From: Eledone cirrhosa
Taxonomy: Eukaryota
Direction: 5' to 3'
DNA: 64,000 nucleotides
Assembly: GCA_964016885.1 (NCBI GenBank)
Contig: OZ024743.1
Location: forward strand, 325,934,001 to 325,998,000
Notes under the pieces: generated by a model
The model's input: only the letters and a program-made list of their open reading frames with translations
What the model was told of the DNA's origin: nothing
Databases searched by the model: none
Program-made: the position numbers and the translations under genes
Shown: positions 15,634 through 31,843 of the stretch, piece after piece
How the letters are laid out: every line of letters starts with the position of its first letter
Numbering within the stretch: the stretch's first letter is position 1

Positions 15634-15983
15634 ATACCTACCTGCCAGATGATTGAGCGTCTGAAAGTATATACTTTCCTTATGCATATTAACGGCTGAG
15701 CAGTCTAATTTGCATATCGAGTGAGTTAATCGGCCGGGCGCACCGAAAACGATAAATGGAAAAAATGAAACGAAATTTCATTTCTCACTCTTAGTACGGC
15801 TGTTACTTAAATATAAGTATGTATACGTACATACATATATGTATACAGACGTACAGTAGTATGTATATATATACATACATGCACACATTAACTCACTCGA
15901 TATGCAAATTAGGCTGCTCAGCCGTTGATATGCATAAGGAAAGTATATACTTTCAGACGTTCAATCATCTGGCAGGAAGGTAT

Positions 15984-16026
15984 ACGGTGCTGACGATAGC
16001 TAATAAGCTTGAAACTAGTACATCGT
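15984..16026 (+). ncRNA. Type I hammerhead ribozyme (family X)
   Basis: acggtg CTGACGA t agct-aata-agct t GAAAC TA GTA catcgt: intact core, stems I and II, palindromic ACTAGT stem III. Confidence 0.9.
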
Positions 16027-16607
16027 TCCTTTGTCAGTGTTGAACAAAAGGGCAACGATGGTTGCTAAACACTGTACGGCTTAATTCGGGATGTTTGTTT
16101 ACAAACACACCGAGATTTATAATAAATGTTCGGTGAATCCATACGTACATATATATATGTGTGCATGTATGTATATATATATACATACTACTGTACGTCT
16201 GTATACATATATGTATGTACGTATACATACTTATATATATATATATATAAATTAAGAGAGAAAGAAGGGGTTGCAGAGCGAGTAAGAACTGTGTGTGTGT
16301 GTGTGTGTTTGGTAAACGTATATCTATCTATCTATCTATCTCCAACAGGGGGTTCAAACATGGTAGACCAGACTGAAAAAAGAAAGTATATATATGTGTG
16401 TGTGTGTATAATATATATTGATTCTTGTGAATTCTATATAACTGCTCTGTAGAACGACTGATGTTATTACATTGAGCTATTTATCTTACTGGTAATAAGG
16501 TAGTAATAAATTACCGACCTTCACTGTTTAAGGTTTAAAATATACATAACTATAAAAAGTTTAATATATACATAACCATAAATAGTATCCTTAATATTAT
16601 ATATATA

Positions 16608-16797
16608 TATAGTGCAAATTTATATGGGAACAAAACAGAGAGGCAGAAAAATAAAGATTTATTAGGTTCACGCTTTTGAGAGTGGGGGGGGGGGGACAAC
16701 GTTTCGGGCATAATCCCTTCTTCAGGAGTATGTTCCCGTATAAATTTGCACTATACTATACACGCTTACACGGCTCCACACCACCTCGGAATACTAT
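16608..16797. mobile_element. Small fold-back element containing a hammerhead core (16695-16725, -)
   Basis: Arms tatagtgcaaatttatatgggaaca / tgttcccgtataaatttgcactata; minus strand CTGAAGA a ggg-attatg-ccc GAAAC gtt GTC; ~40-nt tail. Confidence 0.7.
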
Positions 16798-17212
16798 ATA
16801 TATATATATTAGAAACACACACACATATATATATATATTCTTACACACTTAAATATATATGCATGTATATATACAAATGTATAAATGCATAGCTATATAC
16901 ATACGTAAATGTATGTATGAATGTAGATTTATATATATATATGTGTTTGTGTAGATTTATATATATATATATGTATGTGTGTATGTAGATCTACATATGT
17001 ATATATATATATGTGTGTGTGTAATACAAGTGGAAGCTTAGTAGAATCGAAGCTTTGGCTGTGGGCAAACAAATTCGACCTACAATAGGAATGAGTTAGG
17101 AAAGCACTCAATAAGGGTAGGTCTTTAGAGTAATAACATACGTTTAAATAGCTTGACAAATTGAACATTGCGGAAGCCAAAACCCGACCATACAATACCA
17201 AAGTTACGAAAG

Positions 17213-17280
<68 letters not shown>

Positions 17281-17286
<6 letters not shown>

Positions 17287-18145
17287 GACGTAAAATAAGA
17301 AAATTATAAAAGTTAACTTACTAAAATTTCACTCCAACTAATTAGTTTCTGAAAGGGAATAAACATGGTTTCCAAATGGAAAGCATGGAGAAGCCATTTC
17401 GTCATCAGGAAGTCTATTCTCAGCTAAGTTACCAGGCGATGCGTGGACACAGGGAACTTATACAAAAATAATTCAGTGGATGGAAAAAAGCAAGCGTGGA
17501 CTAAATTCCAAGACATTGAACAAATCACTGCCTACTTCGTCGGTGGCAAATTCAAAAGAATCAATCACGTGACATCGAAGTTAATCAGTGAGGACTGGGT
17601 GTTAAAAAGACAGTAGCCGAGCCATTACTATGAACTATAGTAGCAGTTTTGGCAAATTTTAGCTCAACAAAATAATTTGGAGATAATTATAAAGAATTAG
17701 TATATCTACCAACATATATATACAGATGCATACCTATGCTAGCAAATATATAGGTTGTGTCTTAGTAACTTTGTGGTTCAATGCAAGGGGATGCAGAACA
17801 ATTATATGAAAGACGTAAAATAAGAAAATTATAAAAATTAACTTACTTACTAAAATTTCACTCCAACTAATTAGTTTCTGAAAGGGAATAAACATGGTTT
17901 CCAAATGGAAAGCATGGAGAAGCCGTTTCGTCATCAGGAAGTCTGTTCTCAGCTAAGTTACCAGGCGATGCGTGGACACAGGGAACTTATACAAAAATAA
18001 TTCAGTGGATGGAAAAAAGCAAGCGTGGACTAAATTCCAAGACATTGAAAAAATCACTGCCTACTTGGTCGGTGGCAAATTCAAAAGAATCAATCACGTG
18101 ACATCGAGGTTAATCAATGAGGAGTGGGGTGTTAAAAAGACAGTT
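17281..18145 (-). mobile_element. Partial tandem hammerhead element family Y (period ~529 bp)
   Basis: 17281-~17620 is repeated at ~17805-18145; abuts (TA)n; hammerheads at 17331-17413 and 17860-17942. Confidence 0.8.
17331..17413 (-). ncRNA. Type I hammerhead ribozyme with long stem II (family Y; second copy 17860-17942)
   Basis: acttc CTGATGA cgaaatgg...ccctttca GAAAC TAATTA GTT ggagt. Confidence 0.75.
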
Positions 18146-18706
18146 GCTTCTTTTTGTTGTCATTTCTGTTGAAGTTGTTCTTGTAACTGTTGTCAAAATT
18201 GACATCCTTATGCTCATTTTCTTTGATTTCTTTCGTTTTTTTTATCTCCCTAGGGAATTCGTTGACAAGCTTCTTTTATTTATTTTCTTCGTTTTCTTCA
18301 TTCAAATGCATTCACACTGGCTATCTAAGAGACGTACAAATATGACTTATAAAACTTACCAAACTAAAAAACTAAAGGGGCTTCCAGCGCTCCCCCAAAG
18401 CTTCAAACGCCCCCTATCGCCCCCTTGCTCCCAAACGCCCGTCTAGAGCTCCGAAACGCCCCCCCCCCCATATAAAAACGTACTCATGCTTTATGGCTTG
18501 GTCTTTTCATGTTGATCATATCGACTTCTATTTTCAAACTCAATTAAACCTACTTAATATTATTAGACATATATGTTACATGTACCCCAGTATTTATAGG
18601 GCATTTCATTTCGATCGGATGGACAATATTCAAGAATGTGATGTTTTCACCTGTCATCAAATTTCAAACACCGTGTTTATGAGCTTTGAACACACACGCA
18701 CACAAT

Positions 18707-18763
<57 letters not shown>

Positions 18764-18843
18764 CACCTCCACTACTACTACTACTACTAATACTACTACT
18801 ATTACTGCTGCTGCTGCTACTACTACTATTACTGCTGCTGCTG

Positions 18844-18895
<52 letters not shown>

Positions 18896-19265
18896 TACCA
18901 CCACCACCACCACTACTACCACCACTACCACCACCACCACCACTACCACCACCACCACCACTAGTACTACTACTTAGCACGTGTCACGTTTGAATGCATT
19001 TCTACAGTCTGTTTCTTATCAACAAAAGAAGAACTGAATTCATAACTTTTTTTTTTATTACGGTATTCATAACAAAATCTTATTTGCTACCTAAATAATT
19101 GAACTGGCATGCTGCTAGCACGTACACCAAAGACCTTTTGTTTTGTTTATTTCTTCAATTTCCAATCCAAAGAGATATCAGAACTGTTTGTGCTATCATA
19201 AACCTTCCAAATATGAATATAGCTGTGATCTATATTGTTTTTCATACGTTCAGGAGACCGGTGAA

Positions 19266-20355
19266 GTATTACGATATAATCTTTCCTAACTTCAGATGAC
19301 CAGTAAGGTATTACGGTATGGTCTTTCATAACTTCAGATGACCAGTAAGGTATTACGATATGTGTCTTTCATAACTTCAGATGACCAGTAAGATATTACG
19401 GTATGGTCTTTCATAACTTCAGATGATCAGTAAGGTATTACGGTATGGTCTTTCATAACTTCAGATGACCAGTAAGATATTACGGTATGGTCTTTCATAA
19501 CTTTAGATGACCAGTAAGGTATTACGGTATGGTCTTTCCTAACTTCAGATGACCAGTAAGGTATTACGGTATGGTCTTTCATAACTTCAGATGACCAGTA
19601 AGGTATTACGGTATGTGTCTTTCATAACTTCAGATGACCAGTAAGGTATTACGGTATGGTATTTCATAACTTCAGATGACCAGTAAGGTATTACGGTATG
19701 GTCTTTCATAACTTCAGATGACCAGTAAGGTATTACGATATGTGTCTTTCATAACTTCAGATGACCAGTAAGATATTACGGTATGGTCTTTCATAACTTC
19801 AGATGATCAGTAAGGTATTACGGTATGGTCTTTCATAACTTCAGATGACCAGTAAGGTATTACGGTATGTGTCTTTCATAACTTCAGATGACCAGTAAGA
19901 TATTACGGTATGGTCTTTCATAACTTCAGATGACCAGTAAGGTATTACGGTATGGTCTTTCATAACTTCAGATGACCAGTAAGGTATTACGGTATGTGTC
20001 TTTCATAACTTCAGATGACCAGTAAGGTATTACGGTATGGTCTTTCATAACTTCAGATGACCAGTAAGGTATTACGGTATGGTCTTTCATAACTTCAGAT
20101 GACCAGTAAGGTATTACGGTATGGTCTTTCATAACTTCAGATGACCAGTAAGGTATTACGATATGTGTCTTTCATAACTTCAGATGACCAGTAAGGTATT
20201 ACGGTATGGTCTTTCCTAACTTCAGATGACCAGTAAGGTATTACGGTATGGTCTTTCATAACTTCAGATGACCAGTAAGGTATTACGGTATGGTCTTTCA
20301 TAACTTCAGATGACCAGTAAAGTACCACATTTCTTTTCATAACTTCAGAAGACCA
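19266..20355. repeat. 42/43-bp minisatellite, about 25 copies
   Basis: Unit ggtattacggtatggtctttcataacttcagatgaccagtaa, head-to-tail with no spacers. Confidence 0.97.
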
Positions 20356-20785
20356 TCACACTTGATTTCTTATATTGGTCAATCATTAAATCAAATTCCC
20401 GTAAAAGGTGCAGCTAGTCACCAAACCACATTCTATTTACTCTGGTGTACCTCAGGGTCTCCGACAGTCTTCCTTCTTATAAATGCATCCCCCTCATAAT
20501 GCTACTTCTAACGAAACATTTTCCTCCCCATCACTAAACAGACGAACAAATAGAAATATCATGATTTAGTTTACCTATTAGTAAATGTTACGTAACTAAT
20601 AATTAAACCGAATTTTACTGACGCAGTTGTTGTTGTCGTTGTGGTTATTGTTGTTGCTTGGTAGACTTCGCTCGATAAAGAATATCCCAGGGTGTAGCCA
20701 ATCAAACTATTGCTAATACATCTTTCCTCAAACAAGGTAAATCAAATATACCCTACATTTTGATTTAAAGTAATAATGTATACAA

Positions 20786-20870
<85 letters not shown>

Positions 20871-21312
20871 AATGTAATCTGAGTTTTTCGAATATTAATA
20901 ATAACATTCGATTCGTTTGCAATTGTGCAAACAAGCCTCATTTTTAAAGCCATGTAATATATATATATAATTTCTAGGTGCAAATCCCATGGTCACCAAA
21001 GACCATGGGATTTTCACCTAGAAAGTTTCCCTCTGCGACATAATTCCGAGCAAAGATGTTTTGTGGAAGACCAACAGTCGCCCATGCATACCAGCCTCCC
21101 CTCTCCACGCCACCGATGATGTCCAAAGGAAAGCTTCACACCGGTGACGTTGCAACTCATTTCTACAGCTGAGTAAACTGGAGCAACGTGAAATAAAGTG
21201 TCTTCACCTGGTCCGAGAATCGAACTCACAACCTCCCGATTGCAAGCCCAATGCTCTAACCACTAAGCCATATATATATATTTCAGAGCACCAATCCTAA
21301 TATATATATATA

Positions 21313-22293
<981 letters not shown>

Positions 22294-22579
22294 TGTGTGT
22301 GGTATATACAAAGTTTCATACACTTAACATATATTGGTTTCGAGTTCCTGTTATGGCCACTGTATATTGGACGAGGCACCTTTAAACTGGTCCTTCATTC
22401 GGCACTTGGACGGTCTTATGAAATGGGAAGTACTTTCCACCGACGATATTTTCTCCGAGCAGTGGAGATCTTCATATTTGAAACAAGGGAGGTAAATCTG
22501 GCTTGAAATCTGTCTTTAAAGTAATTTTTCAATTAATTGTTAATCAAGCAAAACCAGATGAGATTTTGGTACCTTTTGG

Positions 22580-22670
<91 letters not shown>

Positions 22671-23836
22671 TACGTGCGCGCATGTGTATGCGTATTAATA
22701 GTTTGAATTATTTCTGCATTACTTTTGGTTTCATAGAAGTAAGCATAGACGTCTAACCTGTTCTAGAGCATCTGACGAATGAGACGTATATGCTGACGTC
22801 AACGAAACCAACGATAACTTATTGAACGAAACGCGATCATTTAAGTTAATGTGAAGAGATCCTTGAATATAAACCCAAGCCACAGATTCAAATAAACATA
22901 TATACAATATACTCAGTCTTCAAATACGATGCGTTTCTAGTAGTTAAATGCTCAAAATAGTCTATAGTCATTTAAAAACCATCCTTAGCGGTCGTAAAAA
23001 TGGAATCGTAAATGCTTGCTGTTGTTTTTATACACTACAGCAAAGGATCCGTTGATACACGAAAACAGCCGAAAATATCACAACTTCCCTAGTAATACAT
23101 ATTCTACAAAAAATACATTTTCGGAGATATAGATGAAAATAATTTTATTCTTTTTTGTATGCAATTCCTGAATGTTGAAATAACATTGCGTTCCTATAGA
23201 AAATATATGACATTACCCTAATTTATATTATACATTAGCAACATGAAACTAGAAGGCATGGTAAACAACTGCTCGTCTTTACGTTTGGCCCTTTTTTAAA
23301 ATTTCATCAGCATAATCGTGGTCTAAACCCTTGAAAACATATCTGCGTAGAATTTCTTTAAAAAACGGGCATTATTAAAAAGGTAACGAGGAAACAAATT
23401 CGTGTGTTATTGGTATAAACTGTAGTTGCGCTTTATTGGTCATGTAAGATAGACTACATACCTAAAATATCTAAATCAATCATTGGAAATCATTTGGAGA
23501 AATGTTCTTCTGTTTCAGCTAAATGTAAGACAGGAGGGTTTAAAATACCTGATTTTTAAAGGGAAAAAAATCAAGGTGGTTTTCGCACAATTTCTGTTTG
23601 TCCAGTAATCGTGGCACGTTTATTAAATTTTACAAAAAATAATGCTTCCATAAATCAGGAACCACAAATAGCTGCAGTTTCCATTATTATTTCCATCTAC
23701 ATATACATTAAAGGAATATATATAATACAATATCAATGCAAAACACACTATCTTCAAGATGACGTGTTAGCACTAATATACATACATACATACCTACATA
23801 CCTACATACATAATACATATATACATACACACACAG

Positions 23837-24860
<1,024 letters not shown>

Positions 24861-25242
24861 GTGGTACACGAGATGGTTTGGGCGAAACTGAAGGTCTTTT
24901 ATGTCAGTTTACGTGATGGATTGCTAATTAGCCATTTCGAGACAGATCATCTACTGTCACACAAAATAAGAATCACTGGTGAGTCGTAAATCTGGCGGAT
25001 TGCTTACAAACAAGGTTATTGTGATACTTTCTTTACATATATTTTTTCCTGTAGCATATTTCAGTTTCATCTATCGAAGTATATGTTTCATATAGACGTA
25101 TGTCATAGCTCATGCTGAGTAGAGTATGTATTTTTATTGAGGATATATGAGGTATAATGTTTAAGATTTACGGACCAGTTTCATTCTAATGGAGTTTCGA
25201 TATACATACATACATACATACATACATACATACATACATACA

Positions 25243-26020
<778 letters not shown>

Positions 26021-26325
26021 TTCCGAATAAAAGATAAAGGAAAGAAGAGTGCTCTATGTAGAGTAGAGCTATTTAATTATATAATAGACAACACAATATA
26101 TTTATTCCATTACCTAAGGTTTCATGAAGCTAGACGATCTTAACAGAAACGTCTAGTACGCTCATCAGATGAAATATTTAAGTTATGGATATAAGATTTG
26201 AATATATCGATAACATAAATATTTCATCTGATGTGCGTACTAGACGTTTCTGTTAATATCGTCTTGTTTCATGAAACCTTAGGTAATGGAATAAATATAT
26301 TGTGTTGTTTATTATATAATTAAAT
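26021..26325. mobile_element. Fold-back hammerhead element; related copy at ~44970-45165
   Basis: Arms ~26069-26180 and 26216-26325; ~48-nt tail at 26021-26068. Confidence 0.8.
26103..26176 (-). ncRNA. Type I hammerhead ribozyme; inverted copy 26220-26293 has A9>U
   Basis: tatttcat CTGATGA gcgta ctagacg...cgtctag cttcat GAAAC CTTAG GTA atggaata. Confidence 0.75.
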
Positions 26326-26485
26326 ATATATATATAAATGTGTGCGCGTGTGTGTGTGTGTGTGATATGCCGCCGGCAGGAAAAACACGTCCTTCTGCTC
26401 GTGAACCCGGCAGACATATATATATAACAAAATCGAATTTCATCTGAGGATTCCGTTCTCATAACAACAACAAATACATGACCCT

Positions 26486-26557
26486 GTTGTGTTGGTGTAA
26501 ATGGTAGCACAGTGGTCCGGATAACCAAAGATGTGGGTTCGACTCCCATGTACGTCA
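26486..26557 (+). pseudogene. tRNA-like sequence (pseudo-tRNA or SINE head)
   Basis: A-box TGGTGTAAATGG, D-arm, tggt/acca anticodon stem, T-arm gtgggTTCGActccca; acceptor stem is imperfect. Confidence 0.5.
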
Positions 26558-26788
26558 ATACTCATCTTTTTCCATTTCTCCGAGGGTTCTTAACCCCACT
26601 ATCAGGCTAAATAATTTCTTTAATTTCTTTAGTCAAAATACGGCGATAGCTTACATTTCTAATAATTTCAAACCCGCTTGCTGTTTCGAAAATATTCTTA
26701 CTATATATATTTATAGTAATAATAAATGCGAAGACTAAAATCAGAAGAGGGCTCGATAAAGATTATATATATATATAAACCCGTGGAG

Positions 26789-26918
<130 letters not shown>

Positions 26919-27252
26919 TGTGTGTTTGTGTGTGTTATGTCAGGTCTCTTTCGGGTGCTACTGGTAACATTAACCCAGTACAACCTGTCTCATGGTCGGG
27001 TCGTTGGCGACTAAACAGGCAACCCCACCAAGCTAGCTTGGTGAGGAGGGGGATATTTGGACACCCTGTGGGATGATGCTTGTTCAAGATATGTTACAAG
27101 TTTGTGTGACTGGCCGTAGCCTAAACGTGCACCAAACTCTATAATCTGACAAGCGATTGCAGTACTCTTAGCAGAGTTTGCAGCCATCATGTATGTATGT
27201 ATTTGTACGTATTTGAAAGAAATTAACCAACTTTCATTAAAAACTGTTTAAT

Positions 27253-27335
27253 CACTTACAATTGTTTCTAGTGTATTGTGAAATAAAATGGTCCGTTTGT
27301 ACAAATCCATAAAACTTTACGCCGTCGTCAGAATG
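27253..27335 (-). ncRNA. Probable type I hammerhead ribozyme, stem II degenerate
   Basis: catt CTGACGA ... GAAAC AATT GTA agtg, with palindromic ACAATTGT stem III. Confidence 0.5.
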
Positions 27336-27562
27336 GAAAAAAATTATTTCAATAAACAGTCACTTAAAACATAAACTCACATCAAACTCTACTTATTTCC
27401 TATATGCTTCACTAACATTTTCCAGGCTCTAACCAAACTCATCTCTTAACACTTGTTTTGCATGTTTTGTCTTTCTGTGGCTGGCAATTACAACCTATAT
27501 GTCTGTCTCTACTCTCTTTTGAGATTTGATTGTATACTTCCATTTTTTATATATATATATAT

Positions 27563-28383
27563 ATATACTATAAATTATGTCCATAGGATCATTTGATAAG
27601 ATATATACACCATTTCCTCTCCCAATCATCATAATCAACCACACAAAAAAACAATTAAACCAGGCTATAAGATTAAAAGGCACCTATAAAGAAATAGTAG
27701 ATAAATAAACGACAGCCATCTATTTGCGATCAACAGCTATCGAATATTTACCCAGCATTTCAATAGCACGTGGAAATCGATTAAATATATCGTCAACCAT
27801 ACACAATTAGGTATAAAATTAAAGTTAGAAGAAAAAATGCATATAAACATACCAGGATTACGTTTCTACCCAGTTCTTAGCCATTTTGAATTCGTTTCTT
27901 GCGGGGATCATTTAAGAAAAATCTTCGTCCAAGTGAGTTTGTTTCCTGATGATTTCGAAGCTCGAGAATTTATCCTTGATCGGATATTTCCAAAAGCGAA
28001 TGAAACCCTAAGGGGTAGAAACGTAATCCTGGTATGTTTATATGCATTTTTTCTTCTAACTTTAATTTTATACCTAATTGTGTATGGTTGACGATATATT
28101 TAATCGATTTCCACGTGCTATTGAATGGTGGGTAAATATTCTATAGCTGTTGATCGCAAATAGATGGCTGTCGTTTATTTATCTATTATTTCTTTATAGG
28201 TGCCTTTTAATCTTATAGCCTGGTTTAATTGTTTTTTTGTGTGGTTGATTATGCTAATTGGGAGAGGAAATGGTGTATATATCTTATCAAATGATTTTAT
28301 GGACATAAATTATAGTATATTGCTCTGATTATTTAATTTATTAATTCATCATTGAGCCACATCGTAAATGGTTGCCAAAAACA
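27563..28383. mobile_element. Fold-back hammerhead element, ~308-bp arms
   Basis: 27563-27871 inverted to 28013-28320; ~62-nt tail. Confidence 0.85.
27941..28022 (+). ncRNA. Type I hammerhead ribozyme
   Basis: gtttc CTGATGA t ttcg...cgaa t GAAA ccc-taag-ggg TA gaaac. Confidence 0.85.
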
Positions 28384-28546
28384 TATATACCTATGACTTT
28401 GTCTAGTTTGTGTATATGTAAATCTTTATATATATGTATATATATATATTTATATATATATATACATAAAGATTTACATATACACAAACATATATATATT
28501 ATGGAATACTGTTGGCTTTTCGCTACAGTGTTTTCTATACCTTTTC

Positions 28547-28643
<97 letters not shown>

Positions 28644-28665
28644 CGTGTGTGTATATATATATGTG

Positions 28666-28707
<42 letters not shown>

Positions 28708-28910
28708 ACGAAGGAAATGTGGTAAGGAACCAGGTGGACCATAACGCACCAAAGTACTCAATACTTGAGGTAGTAGAGTGGGTAATAGGAACCAGTAAGA
28801 CCCCGACAGCTGAGCTCAAGCCGTTTCGACGGCTAATTCTGGACTCAGAATTAGCGTCCAGAATTAGCCGTCGAAACGGCTTGAGCTCAGCTGTCGGGGT
28901 CTTACTGGTT

Positions 28911-29056
<146 letters not shown>

Positions 29057-29071
29057 TATATATATATAAAT

Positions 29072-29114
<43 letters not shown>

Positions 29115-29163
29115 CTGCACATGGAACGCTCCTTTGCAAGGCGCAAGCCTGGGTAAAGTTATG

Positions 29164-29203
<40 letters not shown>

Positions 29204-30599
29204 CATAACTTTACCCAGGCTTGCGCCTTGCAAAGGAGCGTTCCATGTGAAGATACATGACTTTAAGAGACATAGAGGCAACGCGTGTATGGAGGTGTAT
29301 AGGTTTGTGCATGAGTGTACTTGCGGAATCATTCACAGATTTCACAAATCTTGTTCATCATATTAACTTTTACTGAAATCCTCGCCATAAAAAAATATAC
29401 ATTTTTTTTAAAATATATCTTAAAATATAAAACTAACTCTTTGGTGAATCGATAAAATTTCAATTCTTGCTTAAATTATTTCATTTCTCTCTCACGTCTC
29501 CATAATAAAAACATGAACATCACATAGAGTGCGGCGGACCAGAACGAATACCACAAAGTATTCTATCCGAATTCTAACGTCTCTGCTAATTCGCCGCCCG
29601 TGGTACTTATTTTACCGATTTGATTTACCGAATTGTTAAGATATTGTCTGTAATATATGTTTTATCTTCAATGGAATAGAACAACAGGAGCAACAAGAAG
29701 AATATCTCTACGCAGTAATTGAATTTGCTAGAAATAGCAACCATATCTTTACGAAACTGTGTCATGGAGTCATACTCCCGACTGAGTAGTAGTGGGGGAT
29801 GGGGTACGTAGTGATATATTGTGCATTTAAATCACATGGATCCCATCTCTCTCCGGGTGGGATCCATGTGATTTAAATGCACAGATAGTTTGATACTTTT
29901 CTGCTGGCTAAATAATTCTTTATTTCTAACATAGACACAAGGTCAGCAATTTGGGAGGAAGGAGAAAGCCGATTAAATCAACCCTAATACAGAATGCAGA
30001 CAGCCAGAACGAATTCTGCAAAGTATTCTATCTGACGGTCTAACGATTCTGTCAACCCACCGCTCTTTTCTGCTGATTGATTAAGTTTTCAAACGCACGA
30101 AAAATAATTGATGATAGAGGTTACTTCCCTTTGACATACATATTAAAACTTGTGGAAGAGGGTTTGTTGTTTATGTTGGTTAAAGTCAGTAGGTTAGTAT
30201 TTACCTGATATATATTTGTTACACAATCGCTGTTATACGTATTTCGATGGTAGTCGTTATATAACAGTTATTACATAAAGAGAAAGTTATATGAATAAAA
30301 TGACATGAACAAAATAACAAACACTCGTGTAGTTTCCATTCAGTGCTATGCCATGGGCGGGTTATTGGTGTTATCCCCTCAAACCCCTGCTGACATAATA
30401 TTTGTCTGATTATGTCGTAACTGTTACATAACAGCAACCATCAAAATACGTGTAATAGGGATTGTGTGAAAACAGATGAGAAAAATTTAATAATCCAAAG
30501 TACACAGACCGACGTGTATACACATCGAGTGCCCTAGCCTGCGCACACTAGTATTGGTTGATTAGTTAACACAAATGATACCAAGAATATATATATATA

Positions 30600-30639
<40 letters not shown>

Positions 30640-30689
30640 AGTATGTATGTATACGTACATACATATATGTATACAGACGTACAGGAGCA

Positions 30690-30751
<62 letters not shown>

Positions 30752-30908
30752 TACATACAGGTACACATACATATATGTACGTATCAGTTTAGCGGACGCT
30801 TATTATAACGCCCGCTTTGTTCGTTTGTAAACAAACTGAACAGCCTGAATTTATGCCGTACGGTGTTAAGGCAACCACGTCACCTTTTTGTTCAACACTG
30901 ACACAGGA

Positions 30909-30951
30909 ACGATGTACTAGTTTCAAGCTTGTTAGCTATCATCAGCACCGT
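30909..30951 (-). ncRNA. Type I hammerhead ribozyme (family X)
   Basis: CTGATGA core, same stems as 15984. Confidence 0.9.
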
Positions 30952-31390
30952 ATACCCTTCTGCCAGATGGTTGAACGTTCGAAAGTATATACTTTCCTTA
31001 TGAAAATTAACGGCTGAGCAGCCTAATTTGCATATCGAGTGAGTTCGGCCAGGCGTACCGAAAACGATAAGTTGTAATAAAATGAAAACGAAATTTCATT
31101 TCTCACTCTTAGTACGGCACTTAATTAAATGTAAGTATGTATGTATACGTACATACATATATGTATACAGACGTACAGTAGCATGCATATATATATATAT
31201 ATATACATATATACATACAGGTACACATACATATATGTACGTATCAGTTTAGCGGACGCTTATTATAACGCCCGCTTTGTTCGTTACGCCTGGCCGAACT
31301 CACTCGATATGCAAATTAGGCTGCTCAGCCGTTAATTTTCATAAGGAAAGTATATACTTTCGAACGTTCAACCATCTGGCAGAAGGGTAT

Positions 31391-31433
31391 ACGGTGCTGA
31401 TGATAGCTAACAAGCTTGAAACTAGTACATCGT
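31391..31433 (+). ncRNA. Type I hammerhead ribozyme (family X)
   Basis: acggtg CTGATGA tagctaacaagctt GAAACTAGTA catcgt. Confidence 0.9.
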
Positions 31434-31614
31434 TCCTGTGTCAGTGTTGAACAAAAAGGTGACGTGGTTGCCTTAACACCGTACGGCATAAATTCAGGCT
31501 GTTCAGTTTGTTTACAAACGAACAAAGCGGGCGTTATAATAAGCGTCCGCTAAACTGATACGTACATATATGTATGTGTACCTGTATGTATATATGTATG
31601 TGTACCTGTATGTA

Positions 31615-31654
<40 letters not shown>

Positions 31655-31768
31655 TGCTACTGTACGTCTGTATACATATATGTATGTACGTATACATACA
31701 TACTTACATTTAAGTAAGTGCCGTACTAAGAGTGAGAAATGAAATTTCGTTTTCATTTTATTACAACT

Positions 31769-31801
<33 letters not shown>

Positions 31802-31843
31802 ATCACAGTTGAAAATTGCAAACTCGACTGTCACCACATATTA

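Larger units (their letters stand above)
15323..16232. mobile_element. Hammerhead fold-back element family X, locus 1 (Penelope-pLTR or retrozyme-like)
   Basis: ~430-bp unit 15323-15752, partial tandem repeat to ~15887, inverted copy 15888-16232; TA-flanked; two hammerheads. Confidence 0.85.
30636..31770. mobile_element. Family X, locus 2
   Basis: Unit plus partial tandem to ~31285, then inverted arm 31286-31770; (TA)n on both sides. Confidence 0.85.

Noticed and set aside
18493-18993. Poly-Leu/Pro and poly-Ser/Gly ORFs
   Set aside because: (CTA)n/(CCA)n microsatellite.
19266-20355. CRISPR array
   Set aside because: Units are contiguous with no unique spacers, there are no cas genes, and the context is eukaryotic.
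22765-22825. Hammerhead-like CTGACGA...GAAAC
   Set aside because: Stem II is plausible but there is no convincing stem I or stem III.
29130-29165. Twister-like CAAGCCTGGGTAAAG
   Set aside because: It matches the reverse complement of a SINE segment, and the other twister elements (UAA, GAGGG) are absent.
30817-31525. Duplicated 66-aa ORF (and the duplicated 79-aa ORF at 53217/54147)
   Set aside because: Identity comes from inverted duplication; the frame is not conserved in other family copies and has no protein motif.
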